Positions 27,478 through 35,932 are shown, counted from the first letter of the stretch. The stretch is DNA of 64,000 bases from a methanogenic archaeon (GCA_902763685.1 CACWTF010000001.1:1084-65083), one strand, 5' to 3'. Program-made: numbers and translations. The notes: a model not told the origin generated them from the letters alone.

Positions 27478-30405
27478 TCAGTACCCCCTGTTCATCAGGA
27501 GGACGTATGCGAAGCACATTATGGCGATCATGATGGCAACCATACCGATCATGAGGGTCATGCTGTCGATTCCCTTCTCAGGCTCCTTCGCCGGAAGCGG
27601 CGAGTATACGGCGGTTATTGTCTTCCCGTCGTGCTCGTTCACGATATCCAGGTTGAAGCTCGAGAGTTCGGACAGGCACTCGTCACCGAAATACCAGCCA
27701 GAGAAGGCGAATCCGGAGAGCGATGGTGCTTGGAATTTCACGGTGGTACCGGTCACATGCTCCTTTACCTCCTCCCTGAGGACGGTGATGGTGGCAGGTG
27801 CGGTGTTGTAAAGACTGGAATAGGACACTGCCTGTTCCGTGATGTGGATGGTGGTGATGACCTCGGCATCGATGTATTCCGAGAGGTCGATGGAGACCTT
27901 TCCGTCGAACGGACCTCCGCTGATGACGGTGGGCGAACCTATGGGGAACTCACCAGTGCCAGAGTAGTAGAAGTACGTCAGGGGATAGCCCTCGGGGACG
28001 GTGAAGTTCGCGACTCCCTCGGAGGTGGTGGTGACCTCGGTCATTACGGTGTCGAAGTAGACCCTGATCTTGACGGCCTTGACGATGTTGTGGATGGTGG
28101 GTTCCGTTGCCCCCTGCTCGGCGAAGGCGACGAGACTCTTTACCACATTACGGGCAGCGGTGAGGCTGTCGCCGTCGAAGGCGGGGAAGTAGAGCGACTC
28201 GGAACCGGTCACGGAGGGGTTGGATGCCAGGTAGTCGGTGAATCCGAGGATGCTGAATTCGAGTGCGGTTCCGGAATCCACGGTCCTGGCGAAGAGGTAG
28301 TTCTTGCCGGACACGGAACACGAGAGGTTGATGGTGTCACCGACATCCAATCCGCTGACGGTGTAGGTCTTGACCACGATGGGTGCGGTCCTCGCATAGG
28401 GGGTGACCGCGTTCTTGGTGATGGTGGTCTCGAAGACCAGGTTGGAGTTCGAGTTCTCCATGTACCTCGACTGTTCGCCGAAGGTGTATCCAGAGTCGGC
28501 GGAGGCCAGGTCGATCTTGGAGGACAGTCCCGCCCTGACGGTGTAGACAAAGGTTGCGGTGGTACCGGAGATGGTGACGGTGGCCTTACCGTTGGCCAGA
28601 CTGTCCATGGTGGAACCGTAGAGGTTGTAGGTGGCACTGATCATCGAAGGCATCTCGGGGCCGGTGATGGTCCCGGAAACGGTGTATGCGATGTCCTCGG
28701 AGAGGATGCCCATATCGGCCACTGCGGTGCTGGGAAGTACACTGGCCCCGGGATAGTCATCCATGTACTCATCGATGGGCACGGATGCACCGACGAGGTT
28801 GATGGGAACATTGAACGAGAATACACTGCCTCCCGAAATGTATCCGACGTACAGGAACGCACTGAACTTGGGATCGCTGCTGCTCCAGACAGGCACCTTG
28901 TATGCCACAAGGGCATGGCCGGATTCGTCGGTCTGACCGACCGCGAAGGCGACACCATTGGAGACCATGCCGAAGTCGAGCGGCATATCGGTGCGGTAAC
29001 TGTAATCGCTGAGGGTGTTCTGGGTCTGATAGTACCATTTGGCCTCGAGCTGTACTCCGGTGATGGGGGCGGTCGCCACGCTGCCGACCTTGGCACCGTT
29101 GACGGAGACGGTGATGAAAGCCTCCTGTGCCCTGAGCTCCACGAAATAGGAGGGGCTGGAGGCGTTGGCCAGGACAGCGAAGTCGTTACCCATGGCCGAG
29201 ATGATGGAACCGGGCAGGTCCCTGGGGGTGAAGTTGAACCTCTCGAAGGCAGGCTTCTCGGTCTCCGGAGGATAGTCGCATTCGAAGGAGAAGTTGCCGT
29301 CGGTGGCGGTGATGTACAGTGCGTAATCGCTGGCGGGCACATCGGTGGGCCTCTTGCAGACAAGATAGGCGATTCCGTCGGAATCAGTGTAGTACTGGCC
29401 GGAACTTGCCTCGCGCTTGGTGAGGATGTTCTTGTTGCTGACGGGGTCGATCTTCTGGACGTACCATTTGGCCTCGATCAGCACACCGGTCACGGGCTTG
29501 GTGCCGGTGACGTCCTTGATCCTGACGGGGACGGACATCTCGTTCGACTTGATATCGGGCAGGACCTTGTCGCCGGAGATGGTTCCGCTGTTGACGGAGA
29601 TGCTGCCGAAGGTGTAGTTGTTCCTCTCGACCTGCGTGATCCTCACGTAGGTGCCCTTAGGGGCGGGGATGGTGTACTCGCCGTTCGCGTTGCAGTTAAC
29701 CTTGGAAGAGGTACCGTCACCCATCGCATAGTATACGGTAGCGTAGGGGACAGGCCTGTTGGACTGGTCGACGATCCTTCCGATGACACTGACGTTCTTA
29801 TCGGTCACGGTCTGGTTGGAGGAACCCACGAGGATACCGTTGCATTTGACATTGAGAGTATAGGTCCCTGCGATCTTCGCGGGGGTGAAGTCGGTTCCCA
29901 CGGCAAGGACCTTGACATAGGTGTAGCTGGTGCAGTCGTAACCGCCGATGACGGTGCTGCCCGCGAAATTCTGGGAGTACTGGGAGGCACCATCCTTGAG
30001 GATGTTGTAGCTGATGTTGCATGCGGCCGAGATCCTGAATGAGACCTGGACAAGGGTGAAGTCGGTTCCGTAGCGGGCGGTCAGGTCGGCCCTGATGTCC
30101 GAAACGGGGATGGCGGGAATCAGGTCGCCGTAGGTCATGTACATACCGTTTACGGCGGAGTTCCTGTCAACCTTGTACCACAGGCCGCCGTCCCTGACGA
30201 TCGAGGGGACATCGACGGCATCGGGGATGGTATCCTCCTGGTATGCCAGGGTGTAGTAGTTCTCGGAATCGGCGGTGAAGATGGTGATCTTAATGTTGTC
30301 CACGGTGGCATCGGCGGCATCTCCCGAATCCGTTGCCATGTATATCCCGGCAACGAGGAGCACCGCCAAGGCCGCGAATGCTGCTATGTGAGAGCTTCCC
30401 TTCAT
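27478..30405 (-). CDS. 975-aa secreted, C-terminally anchored surface protein (Ig/carboxypeptidase-regulatory-like beta domains, one InlB-B-like repeat)
   Basis: Signal peptide ending DSGDAADA, VIGRIVDQSNRPVPYATV beta-sandwich motif, SGFAFSGWY, and a C-terminal TM helix. Confidence 0.8.
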   Translation of the reverse strand: MKGSSHIAAFAALAVLLVAGIYMATDSGDAADATVDNIKITIFTADSENYYTLAYQEDTIPDAVDVPSIVRDGGLWYKVDRNSAVNGMYMTYGDLIPAIPVSDIRADLTARYGTDFTLVQVSFRISAACNISYNILKDGASQYSQNFAGSTVIGGYDCTSYTYVKVLAVGTDFTPAKIAGTYTLNVKCNGILVGSSNQTVTDKNVSVIGRIVDQSNRPVPYATVYYAMGDGTSSKVNCNANGEYTIPAPKGTYVRITQVERNNYTFGSISVNSGTISGDKVLPDIKSNEMSVPVRIKDVTGTKPVTGVLIEAKWYVQKIDPVSNKNILTKREASSGQYYTDSDGIAYLVCKRPTDVPASDYALYITATDGNFSFECDYPPETEKPAFERFNFTPRDLPGSIISAMGNDFAVLANASSPSYFVELRAQEAFITVSVNGAKVGSVATAPITGVQLEAKWYYQTQNTLSDYSYRTDMPLDFGMVSNGVAFAVGQTDESGHALVAYKVPVWSSSDPKFSAFLYVGYISGGSVFSFNVPINLVGASVPIDEYMDDYPGASVLPSTAVADMGILSEDIAYTVSGTITGPEMPSMISATYNLYGSTMDSLANGKATVTISGTTATFVYTVRAGLSSKIDLASADSGYTFGEQSRYMENSNSNLVFETTITKNAVTPYARTAPIVVKTYTVSGLDVGDTINLSCSVSGKNYLFARTVDSGTALEFSILGFTDYLASNPSVTGSESLYFPAFDGDSLTAARNVVKSLVAFAEQGATEPTIHNIVKAVKIRVYFDTVMTEVTTTSEGVANFTVPEGYPLTYFYYSGTGEFPIGSPTVISGGPFDGKVSIDLSEYIDAEVITTIHITEQAVSYSSLYNTAPATITVLREEVKEHVTGTTVKFQAPSLSGFAFSGWYFGDECLSELSSFNLDIVNEHDGKTITAVYSPLPAKEPEKGIDSMTLMIGMVAIMIAIMCFAYVLLMNRGY

Positions 30406-30414
30406 CTTCGTCCC

Positions 30415-30954
30415 TCACATGTATCCTGCGGCCGCCATCGTCTGGTAGATGTAGCTGAAACCCATGAGTATTCCGGAGAGCACGAGGGTAAGTGTGGCGG
30501 TCACATTCAGATTCTTGGCGGAAACAAGTGCGAAATCGAGAGCACGGACGGCATCCATCTGTTCGTAGGTGTTCTCGTCGGTGGCGGTCTCGCGGATATG
30601 CCTCCACATAAGCGGAGAGAAGGAGGAGGCGGCACTGATCCTCTGGATGACGATATAGACGATCATCATCGTGATGCAGCATAGGGCGATCGCGATCATC
30701 CTGAGCAGGAAGATGGTGTTCTTGATGGTACTCGATATCGTGGCCGAGAGATCCGTCACGAGGGTGATGGACATCAGCATTACGATGAGGGATATCGCCA
30801 ATATCGCCAACGCATTGAGGTTGGCGGATCTGATCTGCAGCGACATCTCCTCGGTGAGCTCTTTGGAGATGGAAACGATCTCCTCGTTGGACGCTTCGCT
30901 CAGGAAGGATTCGTATCTCCTACTGAACCGTGTGATTTTCCGCTTATTAGACAC
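30415..30954 (-). CDS. Hypothetical membrane protein (about 3-4 TM), first gene of the surface-protein operon
   Basis: 179-aa ORF with GTG start and hydrophobic segments; 9-nt gap to the next gene. Confidence 0.7.
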   Translation of the reverse strand: MSNKRKITRFSRRYESFLSEASNEEIVSISKELTEEMSLQIRSANLNALAILAISLIVMLMSITLVTDLSATISSTIKNTIFLLRMIAIALCCITMMIVYIVIQRISAASSFSPLMWRHIRETATDENTYEQMDAVRALDFALVSAKNLNVTATLTLVLSGILMGFSYIYQTMAAAGYM

Positions 30955-31118
30955 GGGCGTATTTTAATTAAAAATCGGTATTTAATAATAAGGATAGGAA
31001 TTCGATTAACAATGGTCGAATTCGGATATATTCGGACGTTTTTTTACAAAATTCGGAATTGTAAAATCTTCTTCTCAGGTAATCGCTTCGGGGGTTTTAG
31101 ATAAATCGGTAAATGGGA

Positions 31119-31158
31119 GACCGTACGCGGAAAGAGTGGAAAAGCACCGCGTACGGTC
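31119..31158. repeat. Perfect 12-bp inverted repeat (16-nt loop)
   Basis: GACCGTACGCGG (31119-31130) and CCGCGTACGGTC (31147-31158). Confidence 0.85.
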
Positions 31159-31423
31159 CGATCCACCTGGAACGGAATGAAGAGAGATATGGCACTCTCC
31201 GGCAGCATGAGATGTGAGGTTTCCGTTGGAACTGACGGAATGTCTCTGAAGGATCCCCGGAACGTGAAAACAAGAAACCGTTCCGACGGATCCCGAATGC
31301 TCCCTGCGGATTTCTGGAACATTTCCTTTCATGCTGTGGGACACACGATCACCGTATTTTTTGCAACGTTCGGATACACGTCATTGAATTCGATTTTAAT
31401 CGGGCTCAATCCATTCGTCCTTG

Positions 31424-31443
31424 TGTGGACAAAATGTAGACAC
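31424..31443 (-). repeat. 20-bp sequence (copy 2); candidate TnpB target, preceded by TTAAT
   Basis: Identical to 1438..1457. Minus-strand context is CTTTATAAACCGTTAAT|GTGTCTACATTTTGTCCACA. Confidence 0.85.
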
Positions 31444-31541
31444 ATTAACGGTTTATAAAGATTTTGCAAACAAAAGCGAAGATTCGTACTCCGATTTATA
31501 TAAAAATACCGAAAAACGAAAGAGTCGGTCTTATACAGTAA

Positions 31542-32375
31542 TCACTGGTTTACCAACGCATAGATCCGGTCTGCCTCGGCATCTATGACCGACGGGTCGA
31601 AGGTGATAGAGATTGCCTTGACGGGGCACTCCTCTGTGCATCTCCCGCACGCCCTGCATTTATCGGTGTCGAGCTGGCACTTCCCTTCTTCGATCCTGAT
31701 GGCCCTGACGAAGCACCTCTCCATGCATATGCCGCAGCCGATGCACCTCTCCCGATCCACCGAGACCTGCACCCCCGCCATGCGGCGGTAGGTGGATGCG
31801 ATGCCACCGTCGATATCCCTGACCATGTTCCACAGACAGCAGCAGGGACAGCAGTTGCAGATGGTCATCAGATTCGTGTGCTTACCTGTGTGAAGCCACA
31901 GGCTGTCGAGTTTGTTCCTGCCGATGATATGGACAAGACCCAGACGGTCGCATTCGTCAATATAGTCGCACGCCTCTTCGGGGGTAACGAACCTTCCGTA
32001 CTTCTCGGGTATCCTCTCAGTACCCCTGCCTACGAAGATGCACCCGTGGCTGACCGGGTAGTCCTCGCAGTGGTTGGACTGTCTGCAGAGGCAGAAGTCC
32101 ATGATGAATATCCTCTCCGAGCGTCTGAGCACCTTCTTCACGAGATCCGTCGGTACGACGTTCCGTTCCCCCGCATCGTCGATGCTGATGTTGAGTTCGA
32201 CCGTGCGGGCGGTACCGGCCTTGGGTATCACCGACATATCGTCGCCGTCGAAGGCGATCCTCCTTACCAGTCTCCCGAACCGGGGGAATCTGCGGGTCAT
32301 ACGTGCCAGACGGTAACGTGTATTGAACACGCGGTTGACCATCGCGACGCTGATCCGGGGAATGATGTTGGCCAT
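31542..32375 (-). CDS. 4Fe-4S dicluster domain protein
   Basis: FCLCRQSNHC, ICNCCPCCC, and two C-terminal CxxCxxCxxxC motifs (CIGCGICMERC, CRACGRCTEEC). Start placed at MANIIP. Confidence 0.85.
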   Translation of the reverse strand: MANIIPRISVAMVNRVFNTRYRLARMTRRFPRFGRLVRRIAFDGDDMSVIPKAGTARTVELNISIDDAGERNVVPTDLVKKVLRRSERIFIMDFCLCRQSNHCEDYPVSHGCIFVGRGTERIPEKYGRFVTPEEACDYIDECDRLGLVHIIGRNKLDSLWLHTGKHTNLMTICNCCPCCCLWNMVRDIDGGIASTYRRMAGVQVSVDRERCIGCGICMERCFVRAIRIEEGKCQLDTDKCRACGRCTEECPVKAISITFDPSVIDAEADRIYALVNQ

Positions 32376-32416
32376 CGGAGGATAATCGGTTAGTGCGATT
32401 AAAAAATAAACGGAGC

Positions 32417-32641
32417 TCAGAGGTTCCCCTTCATGTACTTCATGACCGTGAAGGGATCGGTACGCCTGCAGACCTCCGAACACTTCCCGCATTCGGTGCA
32501 GAGGGAGACGTCGCACTCGCCGCCCACCATGATCTCCATGGGATCGCACCCGCCCTCCGCGAAAGAAGGACAGACCACCCTGCATTTACCGCAGGCGAAG
32601 CATTTCCTGCGGAGAATGGAGATCTCGCGTTCGGTAGGCAT
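32417..32641 (-). CDS. Small 2x[4Fe-4S] ferredoxin-like protein (74 aa)
   Basis: CFACGKCRVVCP and CTECGKCSEVC motifs; similar to the N-terminus of 36945..37925. Confidence 0.75.
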   Translation of the reverse strand: MPTEREISILRRKCFACGKCRVVCPSFAEGGCDPMEIMVGGECDVSLCTECGKCSEVCRRTDPFTVMKYMKGNL

Positions 32642-32738
32642 AGTCCAGGAATCTGTATCCCGATATAATTCGCTTCTGGTGTATCCAGAACGTCCCTCAA
32701 TAGTATATATAGGGCAAAAAGGATGCGATGCCGATAAG

Positions 32739-33542
32739 ATGAGCAGCGAAATCAGAGCAGCTTTAGTAGGGGCCTGCGGAAGAATGGGAACCATGATCGT
32801 CCGCCGCCTCATGTCCACCGAAGGAATCACGGTATCTGCCGCATTCGACCTCGTCAGGGTCGGAGACGACATCGGAGAGGTCGCAGGTATCGGCAAGATC
32901 GGCGTCCCCGTCTCCGCTTCCGAGGACCTCGAGAAGGTCCTCAAGGAGACCAAGACCGACGTCCTCATCGATTTCACCATCGCGAAGGCCACCGCGGTCA
33001 ACGCACCCATCGCGGCCGCCGCTGGGGTCAACCTCGTCATCGGTACCACCGGACTCTCCGCCGAGCAGAAGACCGCCATCACCGATGCGGTGATAAAGAA
33101 CAAGGTGTCCGCGGTCATCTCCTCCAACTACTCCATCGGAGTGGGTATCTTCTTCAAGCTCTGCAGGGAGGCCGCTAAGAACCTCGGTCCCGATTACGAC
33201 GTGGAGATCATCGAGGCCCACCACAACCAGAAGAAGGACGCACCCAGCGGAACCGCCATGACCGCAGCCGAGATCATCAGCAAGGAACTCGGAGGGAAGG
33301 AGTTCGTCTACGGACGCCAGGGACAGTGCCCCCGCGGAAAGGAGATCGGCATCCACGCGGTCAGGGGAGGCGACATTGTCGGCGACCACACCGTCATGTT
33401 CATCGGCAACTCCGAGAGGATCGAGCTCCGCCACCAGGCCCACTCAAGGGAGGTCTTCGTCAGCGGTGCCGTGCTCGCTGCGAAGTGGGTCCCCGGACAG
33501 AAGAAGGGTGTCGTCTACGATATGAACGACGTGCTCGCCTGA
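32739..33542 (+). CDS. dapB: 4-hydroxy-tetrahydrodipicolinate reductase
   Basis: GACGRMG, IDFT, VIGTTG, EAHHNQKKDAPSGTA, RGGDIVGDH. Confidence 0.97.
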   Translation: MSSEIRAALVGACGRMGTMIVRRLMSTEGITVSAAFDLVRVGDDIGEVAGIGKIGVPVSASEDLEKVLKETKTDVLIDFTIAKATAVNAPIAAAAGVNLVIGTTGLSAEQKTAITDAVIKNKVSAVISSNYSIGVGIFFKLCREAAKNLGPDYDVEIIEAHHNQKKDAPSGTAMTAAEIISKELGGKEFVYGRQGQCPRGKEIGIHAVRGGDIVGDHTVMFIGNSERIELRHQAHSREVFVSGAVLAAKWVPGQKKGVVYDMNDVLA

Positions 33543-33554
33543 ATTATTTTTAAC

Positions 33555-33580
33555 CGGGGGCAAACAGCCCCCGTTCTTTT
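33555..33580 (+). terminator. Hairpin plus T-tract after dapB
   Basis: CGGGGGC-AAACA-GCCCCCG followed by TTCTTTT, between convergent genes. Confidence 0.65.
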
Positions 33581-33598
33581 CCAAAAAGGAGACGGGGC

Positions 33599-33871
33599 TC
33601 AGTGGCTGACCTGTCTCAGCCTGGCTTCGGCCTTTCTCTTCACTTCAGGGATGATTTCCTTATCGATGCGGAGTTCTGCGACGGCATCGTCGATTGAATA
33701 TCCATTCTCGGAAACCAGTGCGGAAACAACCAATGCAAATCCTTCGATTTTACCAAGTACCAAACCTTGTTGGATACCTTGTTGGATACCCTCTTCCCTC
33801 CCCTCGTCATGCCACTCCTCGTAGCACTAATCATACAAGGACTGCAGGTATTCCTCGGTAAGATTAGCCAT
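33599..33871 (-). CDS. Small Rpn/PD-(D/E)xK-transposase C-terminal-like protein with an in-frame TAG (pyrrolysine or pseudogene)
   Basis: Manual translation: MANLTEEYLQSLYD*CYEEWHDEGREEGIQQGIQQGLVLGKIEGFALVVSALVSENGYSIDDAVAELRIDKEIIPEVKRKAEARLRQVSH. TAG is at 33829-33827. The frame is also open upstream to an ATG at 33991. Confidence 0.7.
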
Positions 33872-34139
33872 CTTGTTGATCCCCCTTGATGTTCTATCGG
33901 TTAGTGCAGTATTATAGATTTTCCACATCTCATCCTTCTTCACTTCATCGATGATACAGCTGTCAACTACCGTATTGGGTATGCCCGTCATCCCGGTACA
34001 TCCCTCATCGGCTTTTCAGAAACTAATCTCCACGGTTTCGATATCGGAATAAAACGGACGAGGGCGTTCATGTACAACGTACACAGCGGAATCCGAAAAA
34101 CGACATTGTTTTGAATTACCTTCATAGAGGGCAAGAAAG

Positions 34140-34211
34140 AGCCACTGGAGGGATTTGAACCCCCGACCGCTTGATTACAAGTCAAGTGCCATACCGCTAG
34201 GCCACAGTGGC
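34140..34211 (-). tRNA. tRNA-Thr(UGU)
   Basis: Acceptor stem GCCACTG/CAGTGGC, anticodon arm CTTGA-CT-TGT-AA-TCAAG, T-loop TTCAAAT. CCA is not encoded. Confidence 0.97.
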
Positions 34212-34299
34212 AGATTACACTCATACATATGCGTGACGGATAAAACATTATCGCCACGTTTATGATTGTGCAGAAATTACGGGTAATCGGTACGATAAG

Positions 34300-35283
34300 G
34301 TGAAGGTGTTCGTTTACAATTACCGCATGTTCGACGAGAACGAATTCTTTGTAAGATACACGAAGGAACTGGGTCTGGAACTCGCCTACACCCAGGATTC
34401 CCCCACACTGGAGAACTGCTCCCTGGCCGAGGGATGCGATTTCGTCTCCGTCATCACCACCCCCATCACCGCCGAAATGCTCGACAGGTTCAAGGGCATG
34501 GGCGTGAGGATGATCTCCACCCGCACCATCGGATACGACCACATCGACCTGAAACACGCTAAGGAGATAGGGATGGTCGTCACCCACATCACCTACGATC
34601 CCGAAGGCGTGGCCGAGTTCACCGTACTCGACATCCTGGCCGCCGTCCGCAAACTCAAGGAGATCGTCGCCCGTACGATGAGGAACGACTTCACCCTCAA
34701 CGGCATGCTGGCCGGCAAACTCGGAGGGATGACCGTGGGCATCATCGGTGCCGGCAGGATCGGATGTGCCGTACTGAGGGACCTCTCGGGATTCGGATGC
34801 AGGCTCGTCTACACCAACAGGAGCCGTTCGGAGGAGGCGGAGAAGTATGCGGAATACCTCTCTCTCGATGATCTCCTGGCACAGTCCGATGTCATCTCGC
34901 TGCACCTGGAACTCAACAGCGATACCAGGCACATCATAGACTCTTCCGCCATTTCCAGGATGAAGGACGGAGCGATCGTCGTCAACACCGCCCGCGGACC
35001 CCTGCTGGATACGGATGCACTCATCGCCGCCCTGAGATCGGGGAAGCTGAGTGCCGCAGCACTCGATGTCGTCGAGAACGAGATCGGACTCTACTATAAC
35101 GACTGCACCGACAGGGACCTGGAGGACCACTACATCGGCATCCTCAGGAAGATGCCCAACGTGCTCTTCACACATCACATGGCCTTCTATTACCGCACCG
35201 CCGTCAGGGACATGGTGTACAACTGCCTCTACGGCATGAAGATGCTCTCCGAAGGGAAGGAGATCCCCCTCCGTCTGGTGTGA
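34300..35283 (+). CDS. D-isomer-specific 2-hydroxyacid dehydrogenase (D-lactate dehydrogenase/VanH-like)
   Basis: STRTIGYDHID, Rossmann GIIGAGRIG, VNTARG, DVVENE, THHMAFY. Confidence 0.9.
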   Translation: MKVFVYNYRMFDENEFFVRYTKELGLELAYTQDSPTLENCSLAEGCDFVSVITTPITAEMLDRFKGMGVRMISTRTIGYDHIDLKHAKEIGMVVTHITYDPEGVAEFTVLDILAAVRKLKEIVARTMRNDFTLNGMLAGKLGGMTVGIIGAGRIGCAVLRDLSGFGCRLVYTNRSRSEEAEKYAEYLSLDDLLAQSDVISLHLELNSDTRHIIDSSAISRMKDGAIVVNTARGPLLDTDALIAALRSGKLSAAALDVVENEIGLYYNDCTDRDLEDHYIGILRKMPNVLFTHHMAFYYRTAVRDMVYNCLYGMKMLSEGKEIPLRLV

Positions 35284-35286
35284 GCG

Positions 35287-35931
35287 ATGTCCAGGGCATT
35301 CACCTCAGAGGAATACGAGCAGAAGGATGTCCAGATTGTGGTGCCTGAGAAGAAGGAACCCTCCGCCGACGAGGAACTCGTTTTCCAATACTCCAAGGGA
35401 AGGGACCTTAACGACCCCTCTCTTCCGTACGAGATCGGCATCCGCTTCATGGACGGGACGGACGGATTCTTCCAAAGCGATGAATTCACTGTCAAATGGC
35501 TGGACCGTGCAGTGAGGATGGAATCTGACGAAGCAATGGTCGCTCTCGCGGATTTCTTCCTCCGCGATACGAAGACGAACGGCTACCGCAAATCCGCGAG
35601 ACTGCTGAGGATGGCAGCCGACCGCGGTAATGCTGAAGCCAAGGAACGTCTCGATATGGATAATGTGGATTCGCCCACGTCGAAGAGGACCTATGAGGCA
35701 TACCGCTTCAACACCGAGCTCGGCGATGCGAAGGCCATGCGTCTGCTTGCCGAGGGCTTCGAGAAGGGACACTTCGGGAAGGACAAATGGAAGGCTGCCG
35801 CAGTATGGTACACCAAGGCCTTCAAGCACGGTGACGACGATGCCGCCAAACGCGTGCTGGCACTGTACTATAAGAAGAAGGTCGAGCTCACGCCTGAGGA
35901 ACTCGCCTTCCTCCGTTCGAAGGGGGAATGA
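35287..35931 (+). CDS. SEL1-like repeat protein
   Basis: AMVALADFF..LRMAADRGNAEA and AMRLLAEGFEKG..AAVWYTKAFKHGD. Confidence 0.75.
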   Translation: MSRAFTSEEYEQKDVQIVVPEKKEPSADEELVFQYSKGRDLNDPSLPYEIGIRFMDGTDGFFQSDEFTVKWLDRAVRMESDEAMVALADFFLRDTKTNGYRKSARLLRMAADRGNAEAKERLDMDNVDSPTSKRTYEAYRFNTELGDAKAMRLLAEGFEKGHFGKDKWKAAAVWYTKAFKHGDDDAAKRVLALYYKKKVELTPEELAFLRSKGE

Positions 35932-35932
35932 G

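Noticed and set aside
30290-30682. 130-aa minus-strand ORF and the 31044-31458 ORFs
   Set aside because: The first overlaps better-supported genes in another frame. The others lie in AT-rich intergenic DNA with atypical composition.
33771-33790. CCTTGTTGGATA tandem repeat near tRNA-Thr, first considered an integrase arm-type site
   Set aside because: It is the coding repeat GIQQ-GIQQ of the Rpn-like frame on the minus strand.
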